Shown here piece by piece: positions 20,079 through 29,103 of a DNA stretch of 64,000 nucleotides. The stretch is from Gammaproteobacteria bacterium (GTDB lineage Bacteria; Pseudomonadota; Gammaproteobacteria; Eutrophobiales; Eutrophobiaceae): the NCBI GenBank assembly GCA_965240365.1, contig OZ251218.1, positions 1,594,765-1,658,764 of the forward strand, read 5' to 3'. The notes below the pieces were generated by a model, which worked only from the letters and a program-made list of their open reading frames with translations, was not told the origin of the DNA and searched no databases. A program made the position numbers and the translations under genes. The stretch's first letter is position 1; every line of letters begins with the position of its first letter.

Positions 20079-20588
20079 ATGGAAATAACCGCATTCGACA
20101 CCCACGACTTCGTCAAGCGTCTGACCGAGGTCGGCATGCCCGAGGCCCAGGCCGAAATCCTGGCCGAGGAACAGTCTCGCCTGATCAAGGAGCGTCTGGC
20201 CACCAAACAGGATCTTAAGGCAATGGAAGTCGCCATCATGGAACTGAAACGCGATATCAAGGAGCTTGAAGACCGCCTTAAACGCGACATGATGGAACTG
20301 AAACGCGATATCAAGGAACTCGAAGACCGCCTCAAACGCGACCTCGGGGAACTCGAAGACCGCCTTAAACGTGACATGATGGGATTAAAACGCGACCTCA
20401 AGGAGGCCGAAGGCGGCCTCAAACGCGACCTCAAGGAGGCCGAAGGCGGCCTCAAACGCGACCTCAGGGAAGCCGAAGATCGCCTCAGACGCGACCTCAA
20501 GGAAATGGAGCAAAAACTGACCATCAAGCTCGGCGGGATCATGGTTATCGGCGTCAGCGTTTTGGCGTTACTCGTTAAACTCCTCTGA
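20079..20588 (+). CDS. CCDC90/DUF1640-like coiled-coil membrane-anchored protein with tandem repeats
   Basis: AFDTHDFVKRLTEVGMPEAQAE head, LATKQDL neck, repeated KRDxxExExxL stalk, C-terminal TM (LTIKLGGIMV...). Confidence 0.85.
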   Translation: MEITAFDTHDFVKRLTEVGMPEAQAEILAEEQSRLIKERLATKQDLKAMEVAIMELKRDIKELEDRLKRDMMELKRDIKELEDRLKRDLGELEDRLKRDMMGLKRDLKEAEGGLKRDLKEAEGGLKRDLREAEDRLRRDLKEMEQKLTIKLGGIMVIGVSVLALLVKLL

Positions 20589-20645
20589 GCGGTTTTGTTG
20601 GCAGCGCTGCCTCAAGCAGGGCTGCCTTGACGAAGAGTTCAGCCG

Positions 20646-21017
20646 ATGCCTAAAAAACCGATCATGAATCCCGCGACCATCAATACAATCCTGAATACGG
20701 CGCCCATTGTGATCAAGGGCGCGACCCGCCTGATCAAGCTGATCCGCAATCAGGGCGCCGAGGATCAGGCCGGCCAGGAGATCCCGGCCACGCTGGACGG
20801 GCTTAAACAGGAAGTCGAACGCCTGCAACAAAGGCTGGACAGTGGCAACGCCTCGAATATCGAGCAGGTCAAGTTGATCGAAGAACTGGCCAAACAAAAC
20901 GAATCGCTCGCGGCTCAGCTAAAAAATACCATGACGCAGTTGCAACGGCTGAAGCTCCTGTCGCTGGCGACGATCATCGTCTCCGTGGTCTGCGTTATTC
21001 TGGTGCTGACCGCATAG
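20646..21017 (+). CDS. hypothetical coiled-coil protein with C-terminal TM helix
   Basis: Heptad pattern and hydrophobic C-terminus. Confidence 0.7.
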   Translation: MPKKPIMNPATINTILNTAPIVIKGATRLIKLIRNQGAEDQAGQEIPATLDGLKQEVERLQQRLDSGNASNIEQVKLIEELAKQNESLAAQLKNTMTQLQRLKLLSLATIIVSVVCVILVLTA

Positions 21018-21026
21018 GGCTGAATA

Positions 21027-21332
21027 ATGCAGAAGGTGTTCGGGTCCGATGATATCGTCCTCGCGGGCCATATACAAAGCCTGCTGGAGGCGCACGGGAT
21101 CGAGTGTCACGCGCGCAATATGGATCTGGGCGGCGGCCTGGGCGAATTGCCGGTCAATGAATGCTGGCCGGAGGTGTGGGTAAACCATGACGCGGACAGC
21201 CGCCGCGCGCGCGACTTGATCGCGGCCAGTCAGACGGTCGCCGGGGGGTCTGGCTGGCAATGCCGTTGCCATGAAAAAATGGAGGCCCAGTTTGAGTTCT
21301 GCTGGTCATGCGGCGCCGAGCGGGAGGATTGA
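21027..21332 (+). CDS. DUF2007-like protein with C-terminal zinc ribbon
   Basis: LLEAHGIEC..RN..L.GG.GELP..ECWPE and WQCRC.E....QFEFCWSCG motifs. Confidence 0.8.
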   Translation: MQKVFGSDDIVLAGHIQSLLEAHGIECHARNMDLGGGLGELPVNECWPEVWVNHDADSRRARDLIAASQTVAGGSGWQCRCHEKMEAQFEFCWSCGAERED

Positions 21333-21372
21333 GGCCCCGGCGGCCCCGCGGCGGCCCGGCCACAATATCGCC

Positions 21373-22785
21373 ATGAAGCTGTTAAAACGGCTGGCCGTTA
21401 TCCTGCTGTTGTGCGGCAATCAGGCCGTGGCCGGCCCTGATCTGCCGCCCGCGGTCAGCCAGTTGCTCAAGCAATATAAGCTGCCGGCCGATTCGCTCAG
21501 TGTTTATATCCGTGAATATGGCGCGGATGAGGCCCTGCTGTCGGTAAATGCCGCCACGCCCAGAAGCCCCGCCTCGGTCATCAAGCTGCTCACCACCTAT
21601 GCCGGGCTTGCCCTGCTGGGGCCGGATTATCACTGGCAAACCCATGTCCATCTGGACGGCGAACTCAATAACGGCACACTGAACGGCAATCTGGTCATAG
21701 AGGGCGGCGGGGACCCCTTCCTCGTGCGCGAAACCTTCTGGCATCTGTTATTCACCCTGCGCAACCGGGGCCTGAGGCATATCACCGGTGACCTGCTGAT
21801 CGACAATGAAATGTTTGCGGAGGAAACCGGCTCCGTGGCCGATTTTGACAATAAACCCTACCGGGTTTACAACACCTTCCCCGCCGCCACCCTGCTCAAC
21901 TTCCGCGCCCATCAATTTCATTTTATCCCGCTCGGCAGCGGCGTGCATGTCTATGCCGACCCGCCGGCCGCAAACCTGAAGATTCGCAACCGGCTGCGCC
22001 CGGTCGCCGGGGCCTGCCGCGGCAGACACCGGCAGATCGGCTTTAATGTCTCGCGGCAGGGGCCGGATACGGTGGTTGCTTTCAGCGGCGATTACCCGCG
22101 CCGCTGCAAAAACCGGGCCCTGTTCCGCGCCGTCCTGGCCCCGGACGCTTATGTCTATGGCGTATTCAAGGCATTGTGGCAGGATTTGGGCGGCACGCTC
22201 GGCGGCGGGATCGGCCGCGCCTCGCATGAGGCCGGGACGGCCTTTTACAGCCTGCCCTCCAGACCCCTCGGCGACATCATCACTTACATCAATAAACACA
22301 GCAATAATGTCATGGCCAGGCAACTGCTGTTGACCATCGGCAGCGAGATGCAGGCCGCGACCGGCAGCAAAGAGGCCGGCCGCGCGGTTATCGGCGTCTG
22401 GCTGGATCAGATCGGCATCGCGGCGCCGGAATTGTTTATCGACAACGGTTCCGGCCTTTCGCGTGATTCGAGAATCTCGGCTGAAACGCTGGCCTTACTG
22501 CTGCAACATGCCCTGCAAAGCCCCTATCAACCTGAATTCCTCGCCTCCCTGCCGCTGGTCGGCGTGGACGGCACGGTCAGGAAGCGCCTCAAAGGCAGGA
22601 TTCCGCCCGGCAGCGCGCGCATAAAGACCGGGATCATTGATGATGTCAGGACGATGGCCGGCTATGTCAAGGCCAGGTCAAACAGGCATTACATCGTGGT
22701 GGCATTGCAAAACCACAAGGGCATCCACCAGGGCGCCGGCACCCAGGTGCAGGATGCGCTGCTGGAATGGCTGTATCGGCAATAA
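21373..22785 (+). CDS. dacB: D-Ala-D-Ala carboxypeptidase/endopeptidase (PBP4)
   Basis: PASVIKL, GGGDP, HSNN, DNGSGLSR and IKTG motifs. Confidence 0.95.
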   Translation: MKLLKRLAVILLLCGNQAVAGPDLPPAVSQLLKQYKLPADSLSVYIREYGADEALLSVNAATPRSPASVIKLLTTYAGLALLGPDYHWQTHVHLDGELNNGTLNGNLVIEGGGDPFLVRETFWHLLFTLRNRGLRHITGDLLIDNEMFAEETGSVADFDNKPYRVYNTFPAATLLNFRAHQFHFIPLGSGVHVYADPPAANLKIRNRLRPVAGACRGRHRQIGFNVSRQGPDTVVAFSGDYPRRCKNRALFRAVLAPDAYVYGVFKALWQDLGGTLGGGIGRASHEAGTAFYSLPSRPLGDIITYINKHSNNVMARQLLLTIGSEMQAATGSKEAGRAVIGVWLDQIGIAAPELFIDNGSGLSRDSRISAETLALLLQHALQSPYQPEFLASLPLVGVDGTVRKRLKGRIPPGSARIKTGIIDDVRTMAGYVKARSNRHYIVVALQNHKGIHQGAGTQVQDALLEWLYRQ

Positions 22786-23031
22786 TTGAAAAAAAAGAAC
22801 ACGTCCCTGTGTAATGTAAGATTCATTAATGGCTATCCATAGCCTAGAGAGGAGGGGTGTAAAACTCGGTTGCTTTCAATTACTGTTACGGGGCCTTCCA
22901 GGCCGGTTTCAACAGTAATTTGTGCAATGCAATAAATATAGGTAATATAACGCCCGATCACAAGGCCGAGTTGGTATATAAACTGATTCCCGGCAGTATA
23001 TAATGCAACCTTCATACCAGATTTAAATTAA

Positions 23032-23958
23032 ATGGACAGATTAACCACGATGAGAGCATTTGCCGCGGTCGCCAGGCTGGGCAGTTTTGTCGCGGCCGCG
23101 GAAGAACTCAGTATTTCAAACGCGATGTGCTCAAAGTATGTCCGCAACCTGGAAAACAGCCTGGGCGCGCGGCTCATCAATCGCACCACGCGCCAGCTCA
23201 GCCTGACCGAGATCGGCAGCGCCTACCATACAAAGATCATCGGCATACTGGCCGAGGTCGAAGAGGCCGAGCAATCCATCTCCGAACTGCAAAACAAGCC
23301 CATCGGCACGGTGCGCATCATGTCCTCGCCCTCCTTCGGCACCTTTCATATCGCCCGCGCCATCAAGGGCTACAAAAAACAATGCCCCGGCGTCAGGCTT
23401 GAACTGATCCTGTCCGATGATTTTGAAAATCTGGTGGACAAGGGCATGGACCTGGCCTTTCAGGTGGGCCAGTTGCCGGATTCCAGCAATATCGCCCTGA
23501 AACTCTCCTCCAGCCGCCTGATCGTGTGCGCGGCCCCGGCCTATATCAAGGAACACGGCGCGCCGCGGACCCCGGCCGAGCTTAAAGACCATGTCTGCCT
23601 GAGCATGCGCAGCACCCTGTTTTCCCCCTCGCACTGGACCTTCAAGATCGATGGCGAAGAGACCACGGTCAGCGTCAACAATGACTACCTGATCACCAAC
23701 AAGGCCGACGCCCTGAGGGTGGCCGCGATCAACGGCAGCGGCCTGACCCAGCTTCCTTCCTACATGATCGGCCTCGATATCCAGTCCGGCCGTCTGCAAC
23801 CCCTGCTCGAAAACTACGAGCCGAGACCGCTGCCCATCAGCATGATTTACACCCACCGCCAGCATGTGTCCCTCAAGATCCGCAGCTTTGTGGATTACAT
23901 GCAGGGCTATTTCAAGACCCCACCCTACTGGGACAAGTGGATGTTTGAAAAAAAGTGA
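23032..23958 (+). CDS. LysR-family transcriptional regulator (CrgA/DmlR-like)
   Basis: MDRL..M..F, GSF.AAA and LE..LGARLINRTTRQLSLTE motifs. Confidence 0.95.
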   Translation: MDRLTTMRAFAAVARLGSFVAAAEELSISNAMCSKYVRNLENSLGARLINRTTRQLSLTEIGSAYHTKIIGILAEVEEAEQSISELQNKPIGTVRIMSSPSFGTFHIARAIKGYKKQCPGVRLELILSDDFENLVDKGMDLAFQVGQLPDSSNIALKLSSSRLIVCAAPAYIKEHGAPRTPAELKDHVCLSMRSTLFSPSHWTFKIDGEETTVSVNNDYLITNKADALRVAAINGSGLTQLPSYMIGLDIQSGRLQPLLENYEPRPLPISMIYTHRQHVSLKIRSFVDYMQGYFKTPPYWDKWMFEKK

Positions 23959-23998
23959 TGATTTTTTGTTGCAATGCAACAAAAACAGTATATATTTA

Positions 23999-24281
23999 GG
24001 GCCTGTTTACACGATGTTGGCCGTCCTGTTGTGTCCCAAACTGCGCCAATCAAGGCGCGCGGAGCGTAGTTTGGTCATTCCAAATGAGCGACCTGCCTGC
24101 AGCAGGCAGGCAAGCAACGCCGAGTGGCGCAGTTTGGGACACAACCCGAAGGGCTTGGCCTGTTTTGCGCCCCAGCTTCGTTGTCAGTCGCTTGAGTAGC
24201 GCAACTACACTGCGCTTCTTCCGCCTTGCTGGCGCGCAAAACAGACTCAAGCAGGAAGGCCAACATAGTGTAAACAGGCCC
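23999..24281. mobile_element. MITE (283 bp), copy 1
   Basis: TIR GGGCCTGTTTACAC / GTGTAAACAGGCCC flanked by TA on both sides; inverted copy at 38185-38486. Confidence 0.9.
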
Positions 24282-24324
24282 TAGGTGGTAATTCCCGAAT
24301 AATCAATCTTTTGGAGAAAAAACG

Positions 24325-24636
24325 ATGGACAAATCATTTGAAAAATTAGTCGAACCGGTCAAGGAGTTGAACGACCTGACCCTGAAGAGCATTGAGGCCA
24401 TTGCGGCCGTGCAGGTCAAGTCGATTCAGGAAAATGCCAGGGCCAGCATGGAGGCGCTGAAGGCCAGCACGGACATCAAGGACTTTGAAACCCTGCAAAG
24501 CTACCTGGAAGAACAGGCCAAGGTCGCGCAGAACGTCTCAAAAGCGGCTATGGAAGACGCCCAGGAAATCGCCAAATTGAGCGAGACCTATGCCAACGAT
24601 GTCAAGGATCTGATTAGTAAATCCATACTGACCTGA
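24325..24636 (+). CDS. phasin-family protein
   Basis: About 100 aa amphipathic helical protein (PVKELNDL..KSIE.IA..Q; DIKDFETLQ) with GGAG RBS. Confidence 0.75.
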   Translation: MDKSFEKLVEPVKELNDLTLKSIEAIAAVQVKSIQENARASMEALKASTDIKDFETLQSYLEEQAKVAQNVSKAAMEDAQEIAKLSETYANDVKDLISKSILT

Positions 24637-24659
24637 GCCGGCAAGGATAAAACCGGACG

Positions 24660-24688
24660 AAAACCGCCCCCCGAGGGCGGTTTTTTTG
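24660..24688 (+). terminator. intrinsic terminator
   Basis: AAAACCGCCC-CCGA-GGGCGGTTTTTTT after the phasin gene. Confidence 0.85.
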
Positions 24689-24740
24689 CCTTTTTGTCGC
24701 TGACTTTGAAGATTGCCGGGATGTGTCTATTCTTTCTATT

Positions 24741-24805
24741 GTCATTCCAGCGAAAGCTGGAATCCAGTGGTTTATGTAATACATTCCCGCGCCGGCGGGA
24801 ATGAC
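24741..24805. repeat. uninterrupted REP-like double-hairpin unit
   Basis: GTCATTCCAGCGAAAGCTGGAATCCAGTGGTTTATGTAATACATTCCCGCGCCGGCGGGAATGAC; serves as the empty reference copy. Confidence 0.9.
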
Positions 24806-24861
24806 AACAAATAAGCCCGCCCGCCAGGAACAAACACCGAAATCCGCTCAACATCCCGGCA

Positions 24862-25920
24862 TCACCTTCCTGTATTCCCGCGGCGCCGTTTGTTTCCATT
24901 GATGACACGTTCATAAAAGGCGAGCGAATCTCGTATGAAGATGTCTTTGCTAAACTTTTCCATATAGGTTTTCATGCCGCCGGCCACGATTCGCCCGCGC
25001 AGGGCGTCGTCTTTTAGCACGGCATTAATCGCGTGGGCCAGGCCCGCCGTATCGTCGATTGCAACCAGCATACCGTTTTCGCCATTGACCACATAAGCCT
25101 TGGGGCCCGCGCTTGCCGCTGCCACCAGTGGCGTTGCCGATGCCCACGCATCCACGGTTACGGTGCCGAACGGCTCATAGCGCGATGGAAACACGCAAAT
25201 ATCACTCGCCGCCAGGAGGGCGGCGCGGTCATTGCGCCAGCCGAGAAAACGGGTGCGGCCGGCAACGCCCGTGGCCTGCGCCAGTGTTTCCAGTTCATCA
25301 CGTAACGGCCCTTCGCCCGCGATCCACAGATAGGCAGCGGGTATGTCGGCAAGCGCCTTGAGCAGGACATCAAGGCCCTTTTTCTGGTGCAGGCGGGCGA
25401 GGGCAAGCAGCAAGGGCGCATTTTCAGGCGTGTGGAATTCAGCCCGCCGTGCCGCCTGGACTTTGGGGAATTCAGCATAGGTATGAATGAGTTGGGTCTG
25501 CTCCGGGGCGACGCCCTGAGCCACGATATGCCGCACGATGTCGGGCGTGATGCCGATATGATAGTCGCAGTTTTGAAACCGGCGCAGCTTGTAATAGCCG
25601 CCATACCAGCCGACATTTACGGCATCGGACAGGATCGCATAGCTGCCGGCGCGGCCCATCCAGTATTGAATGATATCAGGGTCGAAAGCGCCGGCGACTT
25701 TTTTCAAGCGCTTCCCGGTGGGCCACCGGATAAGATGGTGAAATCCAGCCGTTGTCGCGCCGACGCCTTTTCTGCCGAGTTCAGACAGGCGAAAATCATT
25801 GTTTGGTCGCGTGAGCACATGCTGCCTCACGCCGCCATCGGCGAGCGCCAACACATCTTCCAGAAAAATGTTCTCGGCCCCGCCCGTCGGCGCCCCTGCC
25901 ATGATATGCAAAATTTTCAT
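24862..25920 (-). CDS. glycosyltransferase family 4
   Basis: GGAE, ARLHQKKG and PSRYEPFG motifs. Confidence 0.92.
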   Translation of the reverse strand: MKILHIMAGAPTGGAENIFLEDVLALADGGVRQHVLTRPNNDFRLSELGRKGVGATTAGFHHLIRWPTGKRLKKVAGAFDPDIIQYWMGRAGSYAILSDAVNVGWYGGYYKLRRFQNCDYHIGITPDIVRHIVAQGVAPEQTQLIHTYAEFPKVQAARRAEFHTPENAPLLLALARLHQKKGLDVLLKALADIPAAYLWIAGEGPLRDELETLAQATGVAGRTRFLGWRNDRAALLAASDICVFPSRYEPFGTVTVDAWASATPLVAAASAGPKAYVVNGENGMLVAIDDTAGLAHAINAVLKDDALRGRIVAGGMKTYMEKFSKDIFIRDSLAFYERVINGNKRRRGNTGR

Positions 25921-25932
25921 TGATAATGCCGC

Positions 25933-26904
25933 TCAGCCTTGTTTCAGCATCAGGTCGTTTTCAAGTTTCTCGATGACCCTGGCAGGAGGGATACTCGCAA
26001 CAGGTAACGGGACAAAGGCGGCATCATCGCGGGGCCACTGGTCGCCGGCATAAATCACCCGCCGCGCGTGTCCGAGGGCATGGGTCCGGCGCGGATTGGT
26101 CGGACCGAACAGGCCATAAACCGGCGTATTTGAACAGGACAGGATGTGCATGGGGGCGGAGTCATTGCTTATCGCAAGGCGGGCCCGTTCGCCAAGCGCG
26201 ATCAATTCCTGCACGCTGAATTGACTGGTGGCATCAATGCCGAGCGTTCGGCTCAGTTTTTTATTGAGCGCAAGCTCTTCACCGGCGCCGATCCAGATAA
26301 TATTGACGCCCGCGGCAAAGAGGGCCTCTGCCAATTCGGCAAAATGCGGCCAGCGCTTGTCCGGGTGATTGCGGCTTGATCCCGCGTGCAGCAGGGCATA
26401 GGGCCGCTCAAGCAAGTCCCGGGCCTCAAGCCAGTCGCGAACCTGGTCGCTGACGGCCCGGTTCAGCGGCAGACGGGGCCTGGGGCTTGCCCTTTGCCCG
26501 TCCGCCTTTTCCAGCATTTGATTGAGCCGTTCAAAGCAATGGCACTGACCGGTATAGCGCCGGGCCGGGTGAATATGATAGGGGAACCTGGGGTGATTGC
26601 CGATCCTGAGCGCCGCGCCGGACAGGGCGCACAGCAGGCCGCTGCGGTCGCTGGATTGCAGGTCATAAATCCGGTCAAACGCCATTTTCCTGAGCCATTT
26701 TATCTGCCGGGCGGTCTCGGCAAGGCCCTTGCGTTCGGCCGTTTTTATGTGGAGGTTTTTTTGCCCGGCAAATAAATTTGCATAGGGCGGCGTGGTCATC
26801 AGCCATATCTCGGCCTGTTTGTGTTGTTCCAGCAGCCACAGGATGATCGGGCTGGCGATGATCATATCGCCCAGCGCGCCGAACTTAATGATCAGTATCT
26901 TCAC
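25933..26904 (-). CDS. glycosyltransferase family 9 (heptosyltransferase-like)
   Basis: ILIIKFGALGD, KRWP, SNDSAPMH and LFGPT motifs. Confidence 0.92.
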   Translation of the reverse strand: MKILIIKFGALGDMIIASPIILWLLEQHKQAEIWLMTTPPYANLFAGQKNLHIKTAERKGLAETARQIKWLRKMAFDRIYDLQSSDRSGLLCALSGAALRIGNHPRFPYHIHPARRYTGQCHCFERLNQMLEKADGQRASPRPRLPLNRAVSDQVRDWLEARDLLERPYALLHAGSSRNHPDKRWPHFAELAEALFAAGVNIIWIGAGEELALNKKLSRTLGIDATSQFSVQELIALGERARLAISNDSAPMHILSCSNTPVYGLFGPTNPRRTHALGHARRVIYAGDQWPRDDAAFVPLPVASIPPARVIEKLENDLMLKQG

Positions 26905-28165
26905 GCCGGATAGCGGGCAGGCAGGCGCAATAAAAGGCGATCAGCCACCAGCTCACGCTGGCCCAGATCGAGCCGTAAAATGCCATGTGCGCGTTAAGCG
27001 GAAACAGCGCGACCAGAACCGGGAGCAGGTATGGAAATTCGGCGGCCCGGGCGCCGCGCCGGATAAAGCCCCGGACGAGCAGATATAAGCACAACAGATA
27101 ACCGCCGAGGCCGATCAGCCCGGTCTCTGCCATGATTTCCAGGATCAGCAGATGCGGATGGGTATCGCTGAGGTACTCATCATCCGCCGAGGCATAGTCC
27201 TGATAGACATAGCGGTATCCCCTCGGCCCGATGCCGGTCAGCGGGTTCAGCCTGAAGGCGGTAACGGCGGTTTGCCACAGCGGCAGGCGCTTTGAGGTGG
27301 CGGCATTGACGACGTCATAATCGCCGCTGAAGAGGCCCAGTGTCCGGTTGAAATGCGCGTTGGTCGGTTCATGGAACACGATCGTAAGGCTCAGCGTTGC
27401 GCTGATGAGCAGGGTGGCAAGACCGGCATAAGCCAGGATCGCCTTTTTGTTCTTGTGGATAAAACAGGCATACAAGACAAAGGCGAGGCCGGATAATGCC
27501 AGCATGATCCAGGCCGCGCGGCGGCCGCTCAAAAGCACGATGAAGAATAGGGGTAACAGCGCCAGCCATAGCGCTCTGGTTTTTTCACTGTTTCTCAAAA
27601 TATAAAAAAAACAAAGCCCGGACAGGATCGCGCAGATATGTGAAATAGTATTTCTAGGATAAAACATGCCGGTGATATCGCCATCCCGGTAGGGATAACC
27701 GAGAATATTCTGCCCCAGGAAGAATTGCAGGGAGGCATCCACGCACCAGAACAGCACGATGAAAAAGACACCGGCAAGGATAAAGTCGATCCGCTTTCGG
27801 TTGCCGGATAATTCCTGAATGATAAACAGCCCGGCGAACAGAAAGCGCAGATAGGGGAACACGGTCTGGGCGGCCCTGGCGCTGTTCGCGGCCTCGGGCA
27901 GGGAGCAAAGCAGGGGCAGCCACAGGCACAGGAACAGCCAGATATAGTTTCTCTGGAACGGGTCGGCCCAGAGCCGCGCCGGGGCCTTGATCGCGCGGTA
28001 AAGGCCAAGCAGCGCCATGAGGCTGAACGGGACATTATACAGCGACTTGCTGACGAAACCGATAATCACCAGCAATATCAACAGGCTGCTCCAGTATTCC
28101 CTGATAAAAACAGCGACAGGGGAAAGTATGTCGTTTGGTTTGATCCGTAATCCGGTTTCTGGCAT
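26885..28165 (-). CDS. O-antigen ligase family protein
   Basis: Multi-TM protein with LSGRRAAW, RLPLW, NPLTGIG and HPH...E..AETGLIG motifs; start uncertain. Confidence 0.85.
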   Translation of the reverse strand: MPETGLRIKPNDILSPVAVFIREYWSSLLILLVIIGFVSKSLYNVPFSLMALLGLYRAIKAPARLWADPFQRNYIWLFLCLWLPLLCSLPEAANSARAAQTVFPYLRFLFAGLFIIQELSGNRKRIDFILAGVFFIVLFWCVDASLQFFLGQNILGYPYRDGDITGMFYPRNTISHICAILSGLCFFYILRNSEKTRALWLALLPLFFIVLLSGRRAAWIMLALSGLAFVLYACFIHKNKKAILAYAGLATLLISATLSLTIVFHEPTNAHFNRTLGLFSGDYDVVNAATSKRLPLWQTAVTAFRLNPLTGIGPRGYRYVYQDYASADDEYLSDTHPHLLILEIMAETGLIGLGGYLLCLYLLVRGFIRRGARAAEFPYLLPVLVALFPLNAHMAFYGSIWASVSWWLIAFYCACLPAIRREDTDH

Positions 28166-28173
28166 GGCGGGGT

Positions 28174-29100
28174 TTACCTGTAACGCTCGACAATGATATT
28201 TAACAGGCCGCTGATATAGCCGCTGGCGGCGGCCAGCCTGACAATCCCGTGGCCGGTTTTTTCCTTGTTCAGGAGAAATAATGCCATCGTGAGATGGGCC
28301 AGACCGCCCAGCAGCTTGCCGCCGCTTTTTAGCATAAAATGACACCAGCAACGCAGTCTGCCATGTTCGGCGCGGTATTTTACGACATTGTTGATCGCGC
28401 CCGTGAAATGGCGGTAAAAAAGATACTTCCAGGTCTGCCGCTCGGCCGGGATGGTCTCAAACACAACGGCCTCTTGCACCCACACATGCCGGTTTTTGTT
28501 CCGGGCCGAGCGCTCAAAGAAATCATGATCTTCCCCGCCGATAAAATCATAGCGCCGGTCAAACCGGAGCCCCTGATCTTTTATCAGCAGACGCCTGAAC
28601 AGCACATTGCCGGCCGCCACCCGCCGGGGCGTCTGTCCGGTCGGGCGTTTGCCTTTAACCGTTGTTTCCGCGGTCGCGGCGCCGTCATAGAGCGGGATAA
28701 CCGGACCTGATACGACCTCGGCATGATAGTGCTTGATGGCCGCGAGGTGTTTTAGCAGCCAGTCTGCTTGTGGGAATTCGTCATCGTCTATAAAGCAGAT
28801 GAAATCCGCGTCTGCCGCCAGGGCTTCTTTCAGCAGGCGGTTTCTGGCGCTGGCCAGCCCGCGCTCCGGTTCGCAAAAATAGCGGGTTGCAAGCCGCGCA
28901 CCGGCGCTGAAATCGGTGACGATCCCGCGCGCGCCTTCGTCCTTGTCGTTGTCAACCACGATTAGGATAAAGGCATAGCGCTCGGGCAGCAATAAGCGGT
29001 TAATGGCCGCCAGGCAATTGGCCAGCAGATCGGGCCTGTTATAGGTCGCCACGCAAATTGTAACGACTTCCCGGGCAACGGTTTCACGGGCAATGGGCAT
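28174..29100 (-). CDS. glycosyltransferase family 2
   Basis: ICVATYNRP, VVDND, ARN, FIDDDE and GGED motifs. Confidence 0.92.
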   Translation of the reverse strand: MPIARETVAREVVTICVATYNRPDLLANCLAAINRLLLPERYAFILIVVDNDKDEGARGIVTDFSAGARLATRYFCEPERGLASARNRLLKEALAADADFICFIDDDEFPQADWLLKHLAAIKHYHAEVVSGPVIPLYDGAATAETTVKGKRPTGQTPRRVAAGNVLFRRLLIKDQGLRFDRRYDFIGGEDHDFFERSARNKNRHVWVQEAVVFETIPAERQTWKYLFYRHFTGAINNVVKYRAEHGRLRCWCHFMLKSGGKLLGGLAHLTMALFLLNKEKTGHGIVRLAAASGYISGLLNIIVERYR

Positions 29101-29103
29101 GTT

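Noticed and set aside
20236-20520. CRISPR-like or non-coding tandem repeat
   Set aside because: The units are multiples of 3 and lie in frame in a coiled-coil protein; reported as a coding repeat instead.
24050-24284. Small ORFs inside MITEs and REP clusters (also 4248-4442, 6487-6866, 14313-14959, 38200-38530, 47123-47486)
   Set aside because: They are translations of repeated non-coding elements and recur wherever the repeat does.
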